Below, piece after piece: positions 1-9,973 of a stretch of DNA of 64,000 bases (its first letter is position 1; each line of letters begins with the position of its first letter). The stretch lies in assembly GCA_963666975.2 (NCBI GenBank), contig CAXVYR010000003.1, positions 1,248,001-1,312,000 on the forward strand, in the 5' to 3' direction. This DNA is from Terriglobia bacterium. Lineage in GTDB: Bacteria; Acidobacteriota; Terriglobia; 2-12-FULL-54-10. Both the position numbers and the translations under genes were made by a program. The notes below the pieces were generated by a model. It was not told the DNA's origin. It saw nothing but the letters and a program-made list of their open reading frames with translations, and ran no database searches.

Positions 1-309
1 CACCGTCTCCTTTTCGAGGCTGCGCACAACCCCGTTCTGGAGCTCACTACGGTCTCTATCATCGACCTGCTGACCAGCGCGTTAGAACAGGCGCATGTTG
101 GCGGCAACCTGACCTCGCATGTGGTAAATTTTCACCGGGCGATTTACAATGCTCTTTCGGAGAGGAACGGAGACCGCGCCGCAGGGCTGATGAACGATCA
201 TGTGGCCGACATTCAAAAGCGACTGCGCCCGGTTTTGATCAAGGGCCGGGGGGCAGCGGCTTTGGTTACCATCCCACCGCGCTTGCGGGAAACATCTTGG
301 AATCAATAG
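1..309 (+). CDS. GntR/FadR-family regulator, C-terminal FCD domain (5' truncated by window edge)
   Basis: Frame 1 is open from base 1: HRLLFEAAHNPVL...FHRAIYNALSERNGDRAAGLMNDHV, the FCD-domain pattern. Confidence 0.75.
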   Translation, partial: HRLLFEAAHNPVLELTTVSIIDLLTSALEQAHVGGNLTSHVVNFHRAIYNALSERNGDRAAGLMNDHVADIQKRLRPVLIKGRGAAALVTIPPRLRETSWNQ

Positions 310-316
310 GTCACAA

Positions 317-943
317 ATGACTGGGGAAAATTTGCAAGGGGACCCCGCAACACCGGCCCGCGAAAAGCAACCCAAAAGGCTCATTGTGGGGATATCCGGA
401 GCCACCGGCGCGATTTACGGCATTCGTCTGTTGCAGATACTGAAGACGACACCGGAAGTGGAGACGCATCTGGTCATGTCCAAGGCTGCGGAACGAACTA
501 TCGCCTTCGAAACTCCTCTGACCATCAAGGAAGTTCAGGCGCTGGCAGATGTAACTTACAACGTCCAAGACATCGGGGCCACCATCTCCAGCGGTTCCTT
601 CCATGTGGGGGGAATGATTGTCGCTCCCTGCTCCATGAAGACACTGGCGGCAGTGGCCAACTCCTATACTACCGACCTGCTGAGCCGTTCTGCGGACGTC
701 ACCTTAAAAGAAGGCCGCCGACTGGTCCTGATGGTCCGGGAGACTCCGCTGCACCTGGGCCATCTCAGACTGATGGTGCAGGCAGCCGAGATTGGGGCCA
801 CCATTGTTCCGCCGGTTCCCGCTTTTTACAATTTTCCGAAGACGCTGGACGACATCATCAACCACACCGTAGGCCGCACTCTGGACCTGTTTCATCTGGA
901 TGTAGAATTGGTCAAGCGATGGCGCGGGATGGCCCAAAAGTGA
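317..943 (+). CDS. ubiX: Flavin prenyltransferase UbiX
   Basis: GISGATG, ISSGS, APCSMKTL, RETP and PAFY motifs; 208 aa. Confidence 0.95.
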   Translation: MTGENLQGDPATPAREKQPKRLIVGISGATGAIYGIRLLQILKTTPEVETHLVMSKAAERTIAFETPLTIKEVQALADVTYNVQDIGATISSGSFHVGGMIVAPCSMKTLAAVANSYTTDLLSRSADVTLKEGRRLVLMVRETPLHLGHLRLMVQAAEIGATIVPPVPAFYNFPKTLDDIINHTVGRTLDLFHLDVELVKRWRGMAQK

Positions 944-1030
944 GTCGCGTCCTCCTGAAAACCGCCGCCAAGCGGCGGGAGCTTCTGCGAGACTTCTGGA
1001 CTGACCGTGCAGGAAGCTGCTTCCGGCAAC

Positions 1031-1426
1031 ATGAAGATTGAGGGTTGGCTGCAAAGCGGCATCGGCCGAGGAGCGCAGTTCCTTGCCCTGGAATGGGTGC
1101 AGAAGGATCTGCGCGAGAAACTAAACCTAATTCCCTTCCCAGGCACTCTCAACTTACAGGTGTCCCCGGAAGCTCGCAGTGCTTTATACGCTCAGCGGGA
1201 AGGTTTTCTCAAAATTGCCGATCCTTCCGCGCCGGAGTGCCCCGGTTATGTCACGCGAGTGATTCTTCAGCGCGGAGAACGTTCCTACCGATTCGCCTAC
1301 TTGATTCTTCCGGAGCTTACGATGTATAAGGACGTGCTGGAAATCATCGCCGAGGATAACTTGCGGGAGAAACTCAATTTGAAGGACGGGGACAAAGTGC
1401 AAGTGGAGGATATCCTCGAACGGTAA
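1031..1426 (+). CDS. CTP-dependent (archaeal-type) riboflavin kinase family, DUF120
   Basis: SGIGRG loop, PFPGTLN, LEIIA..LREKLNLKDGDKV C-terminus; ATG at 1031. Confidence 0.8.
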   Translation: MKIEGWLQSGIGRGAQFLALEWVQKDLREKLNLIPFPGTLNLQVSPEARSALYAQREGFLKIADPSAPECPGYVTRVILQRGERSYRFAYLILPELTMYKDVLEIIAEDNLREKLNLKDGDKVQVEDILER

Positions 1427-1515
1427 GTCATCTCCCAAGCAACCCGATGAGCGTCCGCTTGCACGGAAAGCCGGGCACACGCTAAAGCTCCAACAACAAA
1501 GGCAGGTGAGACATC

Positions 1516-3126
1516 ATGGCTTCTGCATCTTCCTCTTCCGAAGTAACTCCCACGATCCAAGTTCCGGACCCGCTTAACATCGCCTCTTACTTTATAGACC
1601 GCAATCTGGAATTGGGGCGGGGCAATAACATTGCCATCTATGAAGAGAACCGTCAGCTCAACTATTCTCAGTTAGCGGAGATGGTCAACCGGACCGGAAA
1701 CGCCTTGCGCTCTTTGGGAATCGACGCTGAAAACCGGGTTCTGATGGCTGTGCCGGACTCTGCAGAGTTCGTGGCTACTTTCTTCGGGGCCGCCAAGACC
1801 GGTGCCGTGCCCATTCCTGTGAACACGGCCGCCCGCCCGGACGATTACCTCTATTTTCTGAATGACAGCGGGGCCCGTGCACTCGTTGTGCATGAAGATC
1901 TGTTGCCGCAACTGCAAGGGATTCTTCCCCAGGTTCCCTGCCTGCGCCAATTGATCCTTGTTGGGCCGTCTTCCAGCAAGCCGGGAGCGGCCTCCCCGGA
2001 GAATCCATCCGGGACAACCTATAGCTGCCACTCTTTTACAAAGCTGCTGGAGCAATCCTCTCCTGCCCTCGAGGCCGAACCTACCTCGAAGGACGATATC
2101 GCTTTCCTGCTCTACACTTCCGGAAGCACCGGCGGACCCAAAGGCGCCGTGCATTTGCAGCATGACATGCTGTTTTCCACCGAACTCTACGCCCGTTCAA
2201 TCCTGAAAATTGCGGAGCAAGACATTGCCTTTTCGGCGAGTAAACTGTTTTTTGCTTACGGGCTGGGAAACGGCATGTATTTCCCCTTTTCCGTGGGGGG
2301 CGCGGCCGTCTTGAATCCACACCGCCCCAAACCGGAGACCATCTTTGACTATATCGAAAAGTTCCGCCCGACTCTCTTCTTTGGGGTTCCGACGCTGTTC
2401 TCCTCCATGTTGCAGATACCCGAGAAGAAAGACTTGAGCAGCATCCGCTTTGCCGTCTCAGCGGGCGAGGCCCTGCCTGCCGAAATTTTCCAGCGTTTCC
2501 AGGAGCAATTCGGCGTGACGATCCTCGACGGCATCGGTTCCACCGAGATGCTGCACATCTTTATCTCCAACCGGCCCGGCGATGCCCGGCCCGGCAGCAC
2601 CGGAAAATTGGTTCCCGGCTACGAGGCAAAGATTGTGGATGACGACGACAGGGAGGTTCCGCAGGGGGAAATCGGAAACCTCTGGGTCAAGGGAGACAGC
2701 GCCGCCGCCTTCTACTGGAGAAAGCAGGAACTCACGAAGCGCACGATGATCGGCGAATGGCTGGTCACCGGTGACAAGTACACCGTCGATGAGAAAGGTT
2801 ACTTCTGCTATTGCGGCAGGGCTGATGACATGCTCAAGGTCGCCGGCCAGTGGGTCTCACCGGCGGAGGTGGAAAACGCCCTGCTCGGTTTCCCGGGAGT
2901 TCTGGAAACCGCTGTCATCGGCTTGGAAGACAACGACGGGTTGGTGAAGCCAAAAGCATTTCTCGTGATGAACCAGCAAGCTGAAGCCGGCACGGAGGAA
3001 TCGCTGCGGAAGTTTCTTAAGGGAAAATTGCGCGGCTACAAATGCCCGCACTGGTTTGAGTTTGTCCAGGAACTGCCCAAAACGCCTACCGGAAAGATTC
3101 AGCGTTTCAAACTTCGGGCTCGGTAA
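1516..3126 (+). CDS. Benzoate-CoA ligase family acyl-CoA synthetase
   Basis: YTSGSTGGPKG, KLFFAYGLGN, SAGEALP, DGIGSTEMLHIF, LPKTPTGKIQRF. Confidence 0.9.
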   Translation: MASASSSSEVTPTIQVPDPLNIASYFIDRNLELGRGNNIAIYEENRQLNYSQLAEMVNRTGNALRSLGIDAENRVLMAVPDSAEFVATFFGAAKTGAVPIPVNTAARPDDYLYFLNDSGARALVVHEDLLPQLQGILPQVPCLRQLILVGPSSSKPGAASPENPSGTTYSCHSFTKLLEQSSPALEAEPTSKDDIAFLLYTSGSTGGPKGAVHLQHDMLFSTELYARSILKIAEQDIAFSASKLFFAYGLGNGMYFPFSVGGAAVLNPHRPKPETIFDYIEKFRPTLFFGVPTLFSSMLQIPEKKDLSSIRFAVSAGEALPAEIFQRFQEQFGVTILDGIGSTEMLHIFISNRPGDARPGSTGKLVPGYEAKIVDDDDREVPQGEIGNLWVKGDSAAAFYWRKQELTKRTMIGEWLVTGDKYTVDEKGYFCYCGRADDMLKVAGQWVSPAEVENALLGFPGVLETAVIGLEDNDGLVKPKAFLVMNQQAEAGTEESLRKFLKGKLRGYKCPHWFEFVQELPKTPTGKIQRFKLRAR

Positions 3127-3234
3127 TTGGCTGATCGGAGGACCGGAGCAGCCTTTTGCGTTCTGCAAAGGCCCGCACGATAGAGGTCCGAAAAACGGCT
3201 GCCGTGGCGGTGATTGTGGTGAAAGGACCCGCGC

Positions 3235-3819
3235 TTACTGCTTCCTGCCCATATTCATGACGAGCCCGAAGCTCAGGCGCGCTCCTTCTGTCTTCGCCCC
3301 GGTTCCCAGGTCATCACCCCCTCTGAAGATGAGGTAGTCCACCTGAAGCAGCCGAATGGAGGCGGATTCATTGATCTTCAGGTCTATGCCTCCGCCAAAA
3401 AATCCGGTGAAACCCACAGTGCTTTCGGAAAAAGCTTGGGTCGAAACAGGGCCTTCCAGCGTCCCTTTGACCCTCAGGCGGGTGGCGCCGAGCAAAGCGT
3501 GGACGAAAACATTCCAGCGATCATTGATCCTCTCGCCTGCCCGCGGACCAACCACAAAAGAAAGCGTGCGGAAATCGACATCGGAGCTCAGGCCAAAAAC
3601 GCGCTCATTCGAAGAGCCGAAGTTACCGCTGAAGTCGGTCACAATCGCGAGGTTCCGGTTGATGTTGGTTCCCAGGGAAACATTGACCCCATGCAGGTTT
3701 GTTTTCTCCATGCGGAGAAGTGAATATCCAGTGAACAATTCTGCTTTCGGTATCTCTTGAGCTATTAAGGACAGCGGGAGCAGAACCAAAACCCCGGTTA
3801 TCAAGACCAACTTCCTCAT
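3235..3819 (-). CDS. Outer-membrane beta-barrel protein
   Basis: Signal peptide followed by alternating amphipathic beta strands; GGGIDL and IRLLQVDY motifs typical of acidobacterial small OMPs. Confidence 0.75.
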   Translation of the reverse strand: MRKLVLITGVLVLLPLSLIAQEIPKAELFTGYSLLRMEKTNLHGVNVSLGTNINRNLAIVTDFSGNFGSSNERVFGLSSDVDFRTLSFVVGPRAGERINDRWNVFVHALLGATRLRVKGTLEGPVSTQAFSESTVGFTGFFGGGIDLKINESASIRLLQVDYLIFRGGDDLGTGAKTEGARLSFGLVMNMGRKQ

Positions 3820-4050
3820 ATAGAGGTGACCTCCTAATATTTTTGGCCTGGAAACCTGACTCTCGGGTTCTTAATACCAGGCGCCTTTCCCAACTACCCC
3901 AACTTTCACGGCCACGTCTAGGCCGCAGTTCATCGTAAGAGGGCTGCACGAAAACTGCAAGAATGTGCCCCGTCAGGGCTTGTTGGACAGGTAGAGGGTA
4001 ATAGTTAAGGTGATGTTTTTGGCTCATCGTAGAGACTGAAAGGAACGAAG

Positions 4051-4422
4051 ATGAGACAAAAACAAGACGACAGGGGGGCGGTCGAGAAGGCCGTCCGGGA
4101 GATCAAACGCAGGACGCGGCGCAGGTTCAGCCCGGAAGACAAAATCCGCATTGTATTGCAGGGACTTCGCGGCGAGGACAGCATCGCGGAGCTGTGCCGC
4201 CGCGAGGGGCTGCACCAGAACCAGTATTACCGCTGGAGCAAGGAGTTTCTGGAGGCTGGCCGCAAGCGGCTGGCGGGCGACATAGACCGTGAGGCAACCA
4301 GTGGCGAAGTCAAGACTCTGCGGGAGCAGGCCGTACAGCTGAAAGAGGCCCTGGCCGAGGCTATGCTGGAAAATCGCCTGCTAAAAAAAAGCGTGATCGG
4401 GGATGGGGAGGAACATACATGA
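4051..4422 (+). CDS. IS3-family transposase OrfA (HTH)
   Basis: RRFSPEDKIRIVL, SIAELCRREG, YYRW HTH pattern; A8G slippery run at 4383-4391. Confidence 0.9.
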   Translation: MRQKQDDRGAVEKAVREIKRRTRRRFSPEDKIRIVLQGLRGEDSIAELCRREGLHQNQYYRWSKEFLEAGRKRLAGDIDREATSGEVKTLREQAVQLKEALAEAMLENRLLKKSVIGDGEEHT

Positions 4423-5414
4423 GATACCCTGCCTCGGAGAAGCTGGAGATCATCTGCACGGTGGAGCAATCTGCCCTGGGGGTGCGCCGGACGCTGCAGC
4501 AGGTTGGCATTCCCAGATCGACGTTTTACAACTGGTACGACCGCTATGTGTCGGAAGGCTTTGATGGGCTGGAAGACAAAAAACCCGATCCTGGCCCTGT
4601 CTGGAACAAGGTGCCGGAGGAGATAACTCAGCAGTTGGTGACGTTAGCCCTGGCCGAGCCCGATCTGTCGTCACGCGAGCTGGCGGTGCGTTTTACCGAG
4701 GAAAGGCGGTATTACCTTTCTGAATCGACGGTTTACCGCGTCCTGAAAAGCCATGACCTGATTACCGCGCCAGCCTTTATTGTCCTGAAAGCGGCGGAAC
4801 GGTTCGCCAACCCGACCACGGCGGTCAACCAGCTCTGGCAGACCGACTTCACCTACCTGAAAGTCATCGGTTGGGGCTGGTTCTACCTGTCCACGGTGCT
4901 GGACGACTTCTCGCGCTATATCATCGCCTGGCGGCTGTGCAAAACCATGAGCGCAAGTGACGTCTCGGCCACGTTGCGGGATGCTTTGCAAGCCACCGGC
5001 CTCGACCGCGTGGGCGCCCGGCACAGACCTCGCCTCCTGAGCGACAACGGGCCGTGCTACGTCTCTTCCGAACTGCAATCATGGCTGGCAGAAAACAGCG
5101 TGCCGCATACTCGCGGCAAGCCCTATCACCCCATGACGCAGGGCAAGATCGAACGCTGGCACCGAACTCTGAAAGACCGCATCCTGCTCAACAACTATTA
5201 CCTGCCAGAAGAGCTGGAGCGGCAGATCGATGCCTTCGTCAACCACTACAACACCAACCGATACCATGAAAGATACCATGAAAGCCTGAACAACCTGACA
5301 CCGTATGACGTTTTTACAGGCCAAGGCAGTGCCATCCTGCAAAAACGGGATCGCATCAAAGAGAAAACTATGATCTTAAGAAAACGGTTGCACTTCAAAA
5401 GAAGGGCAGCCTAA
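4419..5414 (+). CDS. IS3-family transposase OrfB (DDE integrase core)
   Basis: WQTDFT, SDNG, GKIERW motifs; -1 frame relative to OrfA and open from the A8 run. Confidence 0.92.
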   Translation: MRYPASEKLEIICTVEQSALGVRRTLQQVGIPRSTFYNWYDRYVSEGFDGLEDKKPDPGPVWNKVPEEITQQLVTLALAEPDLSSRELAVRFTEERRYYLSESTVYRVLKSHDLITAPAFIVLKAAERFANPTTAVNQLWQTDFTYLKVIGWGWFYLSTVLDDFSRYIIAWRLCKTMSASDVSATLRDALQATGLDRVGARHRPRLLSDNGPCYVSSELQSWLAENSVPHTRGKPYHPMTQGKIERWHRTLKDRILLNNYYLPEELERQIDAFVNHYNTNRYHERYHESLNNLTPYDVFTGQGSAILQKRDRIKEKTMILRKRLHFKRRAA

Positions 5415-5827
5415 CATCAACCCAGAGGAGCCTGAACGCCACCTTATCTTTTTATGCTCTGTGTCCAACATTATCTGACGACGTACAAACTTGCGATGTT
5501 TGCTCCCCCTTTCGCGTCTTCCCCATCCTATCATGAACTTACCCTCCTGCAGGTGTTATCAAGGCTTGAATAGGAAACGGAAGTTCTCTGCCAAATAGAG
5601 TCATCAGATTGCCGAAAACCGAGGGCTGTTTTTTTACAGAGCAGGTTTGCAGGAAGCCTGAAGGGAAACGTAAAAGAAAACGAGCTACAACAAAGCAGGA
5701 AAGTAAGGATCGGACGAATGAGATAGAGAAGCTAGAGCAAGTCAAATAGCATCCACGGGGCTTCTTGCAGCGTAATCCGGAGCGCCAATTGCCCCGAGGT
5801 CTCAGTGGAGCTTGAGCCTTAAATTGA

Positions 5828-6076
5828 TTACTGCACCGCCATGGTCACAATGGGACTGCTTTGCCCGGCAACAGTGAGGACCACCGGCACGTCGCTACCG
5901 GCCGTCACGCCGTCGGGAACAACTGCGTTGACTTGGTACAACCCGCTGAATCCAGGGGCCAGCCCGGAGAATTGTACCTGGGCCGAGATTTCTCCGATGG
6001 TCAGCGAAGTAGCATTCACAATCCTGGCAACAGGCAAATAGGCTGCTAGCTCACCGTAGCCGGTTCGGCTGTTCCA
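5828..6076 (-). pseudogene. C-terminal remnant of a TIGR03437-like acidobacterial surface protein
   Basis: FSGLAPGFSGLYQVN...VPVVLTV...MAVQ matches the C-terminus of the protein ending at 33107; frame closed upstream by the ubiD stop codon. Confidence 0.7.
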
Positions 6077-6079
6077 AGC

Positions 6080-7603
6080 TTACTTTTTCTTCTTTCCCGA
6101 AGTTTTTGGGGATGGCGGAACCGCCAGAGGATTGGCGTTCTCCTCAAAATGGCGGATATCGGGAGGCGGTATCTTCAAACCGAACTCTTGCCAGCGGGAT
6201 AGGAGTTTCTCATAGACCTCGCGCCGCAGCCGGGAGCGCTTGGCAAACTGTTTCAGGTATTTATGCTCCTTGCAGGCATTGATCAGCGCCTTGGAGCCAT
6301 AAGGACGCTCCTCGGGAGGGTTTTTGGTGGGATCAAGGTAAGTGGACCATGTGTTGCGCAGTATATCAATATCCTTGGCGGGATCGGACCGGCTGGACAT
6401 GGCCCATAAAACCTGGTGAATGTCGGTGGGATCAACGTCCTCATCGACCACGATGATGTATTTGGTGTAATAGGCGCCGCCCGGAACCTGGGCAGCGAGG
6501 GCTGCGACCTGCGAGGAATGCCCCGCGTAGCGCTGCTCGACGGAAATCGCCGTGGCACCGAAGCCTCCGGCGGCTTCGGGAAACGAAAAGACACCCTGGA
6601 TGCCGGGAATGCCCAGCCTCTCCATGTCCGCCCAGATGCGTGCCGAGCGCACGACGCTGAACAGCAGGCTCTGCTCGCAGGCCGGATAGTCGGCCATGAG
6701 AGCGCATGTGAGGATAGGGTCCCGGCGATGGCGTATGCACTTCACGTCAATAATAGGGGTCGCAGCCTCCGGGCGGCCATAGTATCCGGAAAACTCCCCA
6801 AACGGGCCCTCCAAGCCTTCGTTTCCAGGGAGCATCTCTCCTTCCAGGATGATCTCGGCGTTGGTGGGAAGCAACAATCCCGTTACGGGGCTCTCAAAAA
6901 CTTCCACGGGTTGATTGATGAGTCCTCCTGCGTAATCATATTCCGACTCCGTCTTCGGCAGCGTCTGGGTGCTGACGGTAAACAACAACGGGTCAGGGCC
7001 GAAAACGGTGGCCACCGGGAAAGGCTTGCCGCGGCTCCAATACCGCTCCGCTTGCAAGCGTGCATCCTTGCCGGGAGACCAATAGACGAACAACTCTTGC
7101 GCGCTTTTGACCATCTGCCGGTAGGTTCCCAGATTCAGGTGCCCATCCTCCAGGTCCCGCGTGATCATCACATCCCACGTGCCGAGGTAACGGCCCCCGT
7201 CCAGGGGCCACATCTTGGGAGCCGGGAACATGGTGATATCCACCTGCTTCCCCTCGATCACATTTTCGTTCACCACGGCGCTGTCGCCGGAAACAACCGT
7301 TGGAGGAAGCTTGCGCCGGAAGTTGGTGCGCACCATATGGATCAGGTCTCTCAGAGGCGTGCCGAGAGGAAGTCCAAACGCCAGCGCGATGCGTTCCTTG
7401 CTGGTCCCGAACAGGTTGTGCAAGGTGCGGAAGCCGGGCGCGGCGTCCTTGAGCTTTTCAAACAGCAGCGCGGGAGCCCCTTCCTGCTGGGCGACCATGT
7501 AGTTCAAGGCCGAGGTCTCCTCATTCCAGTCGAGTTCCTGGGAGATGACCTGCAGCTCTCCCATCTGTTCTACTTGTTGCAGCCAGCTACGCAAGTCGCG
7601 CAT
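6080..7603 (-). CDS. ubiD: UbiD-family prFMN-dependent (de)carboxylase
   Basis: MRDLRSWL start with GGAGG RBS; PALLFE, DGGRY, GTYR, EGPFGEFSGYY, VVDEDVDP. Confidence 0.92.
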   Translation of the reverse strand: MRDLRSWLQQVEQMGELQVISQELDWNEETSALNYMVAQQEGAPALLFEKLKDAAPGFRTLHNLFGTSKERIALAFGLPLGTPLRDLIHMVRTNFRRKLPPTVVSGDSAVVNENVIEGKQVDITMFPAPKMWPLDGGRYLGTWDVMITRDLEDGHLNLGTYRQMVKSAQELFVYWSPGKDARLQAERYWSRGKPFPVATVFGPDPLLFTVSTQTLPKTESEYDYAGGLINQPVEVFESPVTGLLLPTNAEIILEGEMLPGNEGLEGPFGEFSGYYGRPEAATPIIDVKCIRHRRDPILTCALMADYPACEQSLLFSVVRSARIWADMERLGIPGIQGVFSFPEAAGGFGATAISVEQRYAGHSSQVAALAAQVPGGAYYTKYIIVVDEDVDPTDIHQVLWAMSSRSDPAKDIDILRNTWSTYLDPTKNPPEERPYGSKALINACKEHKYLKQFAKRSRLRREVYEKLLSRWQEFGLKIPPPDIRHFEENANPLAVPPSPKTSGKKKK

Positions 7604-7816
7604 GCTTCCTCCGTGTGCGGGTGGGTTATGGTTTCGGATCAGCGGCACCGGTGGGATGCTTCACAGGCAAACCCGAACTGATAATCATAATACAGAACGC
7701 CGGCGGGAATCGCGGGGAGGAAAAAGACTAGCGCGAAATTCTTCCTTATGACACCGTTTCCAGTGGTTCCGTGGAATTACTGTGTGGAGACGGCGGAGTT
7801 CTCCGCGAGGATTGCG

Positions 7817-9013
7817 TTATTCCCCATAGGTGATTCGATAAACAGCGTCGGCCCGGTCATCGGAGACATACAGCGCCCCATCCGGACCGCTGAGGACATC
7901 CACCGGGCGTCCCCAGGCCCTGCGCCCTCGCAGCCAGCCCGTGGCAAAGTCCTCCGTCCGGACGGGCTTGCCATCTTCCACAAGCACTCGCACCACCTTG
8001 TAGCCGTCCGGGATACTTCGATTCCAGGAACCGTGCAGCGCCAGGAAAACGTCTCCCTGGTATTCTGCCGGGAAATTGCCGCCCTGATAGAAATCCAGCC
8101 CCAAAGGGGCATTGTGAGCGGGCAGCTCTAACGCCGGCGAAATAGTCTCCCGGCAACGTTCCGCATCTCCATATTCCGGGTCGGGAACATTCTTTCCGTA
8201 ACAATACGGCCAGCCGTAATCGCCGGGCTCCCCAATCACGTTGATCTCCTCGGGCGGAAGATCGTCTCCCAGCCAGTCGCGGCCATTTTCCGTAACCCAC
8301 AGATTTCGGTCCTGCGGGTTCCAGCGCAATCCCACGGCGTTGCGAAGGCCGCTGGCATAGACCTCGCCTTCCCCTCCACCAGCAGGGAACCGCAGGACGG
8401 CCCCGCGCCGCTGGTCCTGCTCCTCACAAACGTTGCAACTGGAGCCGACAGAAACAAACAATTCTCCCTCGAACCCAAACGCGATGGTACGCGAGAAATG
8501 ATTTCCTCCTTGCGGCAGTTCTGGAACCACCACCACGGCCTCGCCCATCCCGAGGGAACGGCCCTGCCGCAAAGCCCCTTCGGCATCGGGAAAGCGCAAC
8601 ACCCGCCCTGTTTCGGCGACATAGAGATCACGGCCACGGAAAGCGAGCCCGTGCGGCGAGTCCACTCCCTCAAGCAGAGCGTACCGATGCGAAGCTCGGC
8701 CCGTTCGCTCGGGGTCGGCCAAAGCCATGACCCGGCCTTCCTCGGTGAGGCTTACCACGAGAACGCCCGACGGACTGAAGGCCATCAAGCGCGCCCCCGG
8801 CAGCTCAGACGCAAACAACGAGATGCGAAAGCCAGCGGGCAGGCGAACCCTGCTGAGATCAATCGGCCCTCCCACAGGGAGCGCGGGGCCGCAACCCGTG
8901 GCGGCAACAACAGCGGCAACAACAGCGACAGCGGCAGCCACACTGCCGGCCAGATGGCTCATCCATTTGGCATGGCGTCCAAAATATCTCGTTGTCTGCG
9001 AAACCATCCTCAT
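7817..9013 (-). CDS. PQQ-dependent glucose/sorbosone dehydrogenase family, probable lipoprotein
   Basis: GSSCNVC, GLRNAVG, YGWPYC, HGSWNR, GRPVD; hydrophobic leader ending ATGC. Confidence 0.88.
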   Translation of the reverse strand: MRMVSQTTRYFGRHAKWMSHLAGSVAAAVAVVAAVVAATGCGPALPVGGPIDLSRVRLPAGFRISLFASELPGARLMAFSPSGVLVVSLTEEGRVMALADPERTGRASHRYALLEGVDSPHGLAFRGRDLYVAETGRVLRFPDAEGALRQGRSLGMGEAVVVVPELPQGGNHFSRTIAFGFEGELFVSVGSSCNVCEEQDQRRGAVLRFPAGGGEGEVYASGLRNAVGLRWNPQDRNLWVTENGRDWLGDDLPPEEINVIGEPGDYGWPYCYGKNVPDPEYGDAERCRETISPALELPAHNAPLGLDFYQGGNFPAEYQGDVFLALHGSWNRSIPDGYKVVRVLVEDGKPVRTEDFATGWLRGRRAWGRPVDVLSGPDGALYVSDDRADAVYRITYGE

Positions 9014-9187
9014 CGGTGTCCCCGGAGCCTCCTAACGCCGCCGAGTTAACGCGAATCCATGCTCCGGTTTCGGGTTGGTTATTCGTTTTCGGTTGTCGCG
9101 TTTCCCGCTGCGTGCCGGAAATATTGCGACCTCGAATATATCGTAACCTAGGGAAGAAATTCTGCGGAAATCGAGCCGGTATGCAAC

Positions 9188-9961
9188 TCAGGGGACTTCT
9201 TTCGTGGATGGTCTATCAGTTTTATATGTGGGATAGTCTGCTTCCACCAGAGGTTCCGGCTTCGCCGCCGGAACTGCTTCCCCGGTCAGCAGAGCCGACC
9301 GCACAAAGGCGCCGATCTCGTCGGCAACCGCCTCGGCCGGAAGGGGTCCCTCCGGCGAGAACCACCCGGCAGTGGCGGTGCACATAGTCAAGATACAATT
9401 CCGCACCACGCTGGCATTTTTCACCTGGAAGACGCCTTTGCGGCGTCCCCGCTTCAAAATCGAGTCCAAAATCGAGTCGAAGAGGCGCTCGTACTCCTGA
9501 CGCAACTTCAAGATGACCCGAAAGTTTTTCTCTTCCAGCGAACGCAGTTCGCTGTGGCTGATAAACGCCTCCTCTTTCTTTTGCGTGTGGAACAGAACAT
9601 GCCAGCGGATGGCAGCGTCTAGTTGCTGCTCCGGCTCCTGGCCGGATTCGGAAATCTCCTGCAGGCCGCGCAGCAGCTCCGAAACCGTCCCCTGCATCAG
9701 ATCAAAGAGAATATCCTGCTTGCTGGGGAAATGGTAATAGAGGCTGGCTGCTTTGATGTCGAGCGTGGAGGCGATCTCCCTCATCGTCATGCCGGAGTAG
9801 CCGAAGTGGAACAGCAGGTGGCATCCCACCTTTCGGATCTGGTCCAGACGCGACGCGGAAGCAAGCGGTGGAGGAACAATCCCCCGTTTTCCCCGGCTCG
9901 GCGAGGCGGGCAGCAGTGTCCCCACTCCTCCCGCCACGTTCTGTCGTGAGGTCCTAGGCAT
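9188..9961 (-). CDS. TetR/AcrR-family regulator
   Basis: GYSGMTMREIA...ASLYYHFPSKQDIL HTH; KstR2/PaaR-like C-terminal domain. Confidence 0.9.
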   Translation of the reverse strand: MPRTSRQNVAGGVGTLLPASPSRGKRGIVPPPLASASRLDQIRKVGCHLLFHFGYSGMTMREIASTLDIKAASLYYHFPSKQDILFDLMQGTVSELLRGLQEISESGQEPEQQLDAAIRWHVLFHTQKKEEAFISHSELRSLEEKNFRVILKLRQEYERLFDSILDSILKRGRRKGVFQVKNASVVRNCILTMCTATAGWFSPEGPLPAEAVADEIGAFVRSALLTGEAVPAAKPEPLVEADYPTYKTDRPSTKEVP

Positions 9962-9973
9962 AGGCGCTGGGTC

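Larger units (their letters stand above)
3964..5487 (+). mobile_element. IS3-family insertion sequence, 1524 bp, TGT...ACA ends
   Basis: Imperfect 26-bp terminal inverted repeats (TGTGCCCCGTCAGGGCTTGTTGGACA at 3964-3989; reverse complement of 5462-5487 is TGTACGTCGTCAGATAATGTTGGACA; 19/26 match) enclosing orfA and orfB. Confidence 0.9.

Noticed and set aside
6416-7681. 421-aa plus-strand ORF, and similar long ORFs at 12198-13619, 18438-19535, 25559-26779, 55883-57055 and 57925-59673
   Set aside because: Antisense shadows of well-supported genes in GC-rich DNA; no recognisable motifs.
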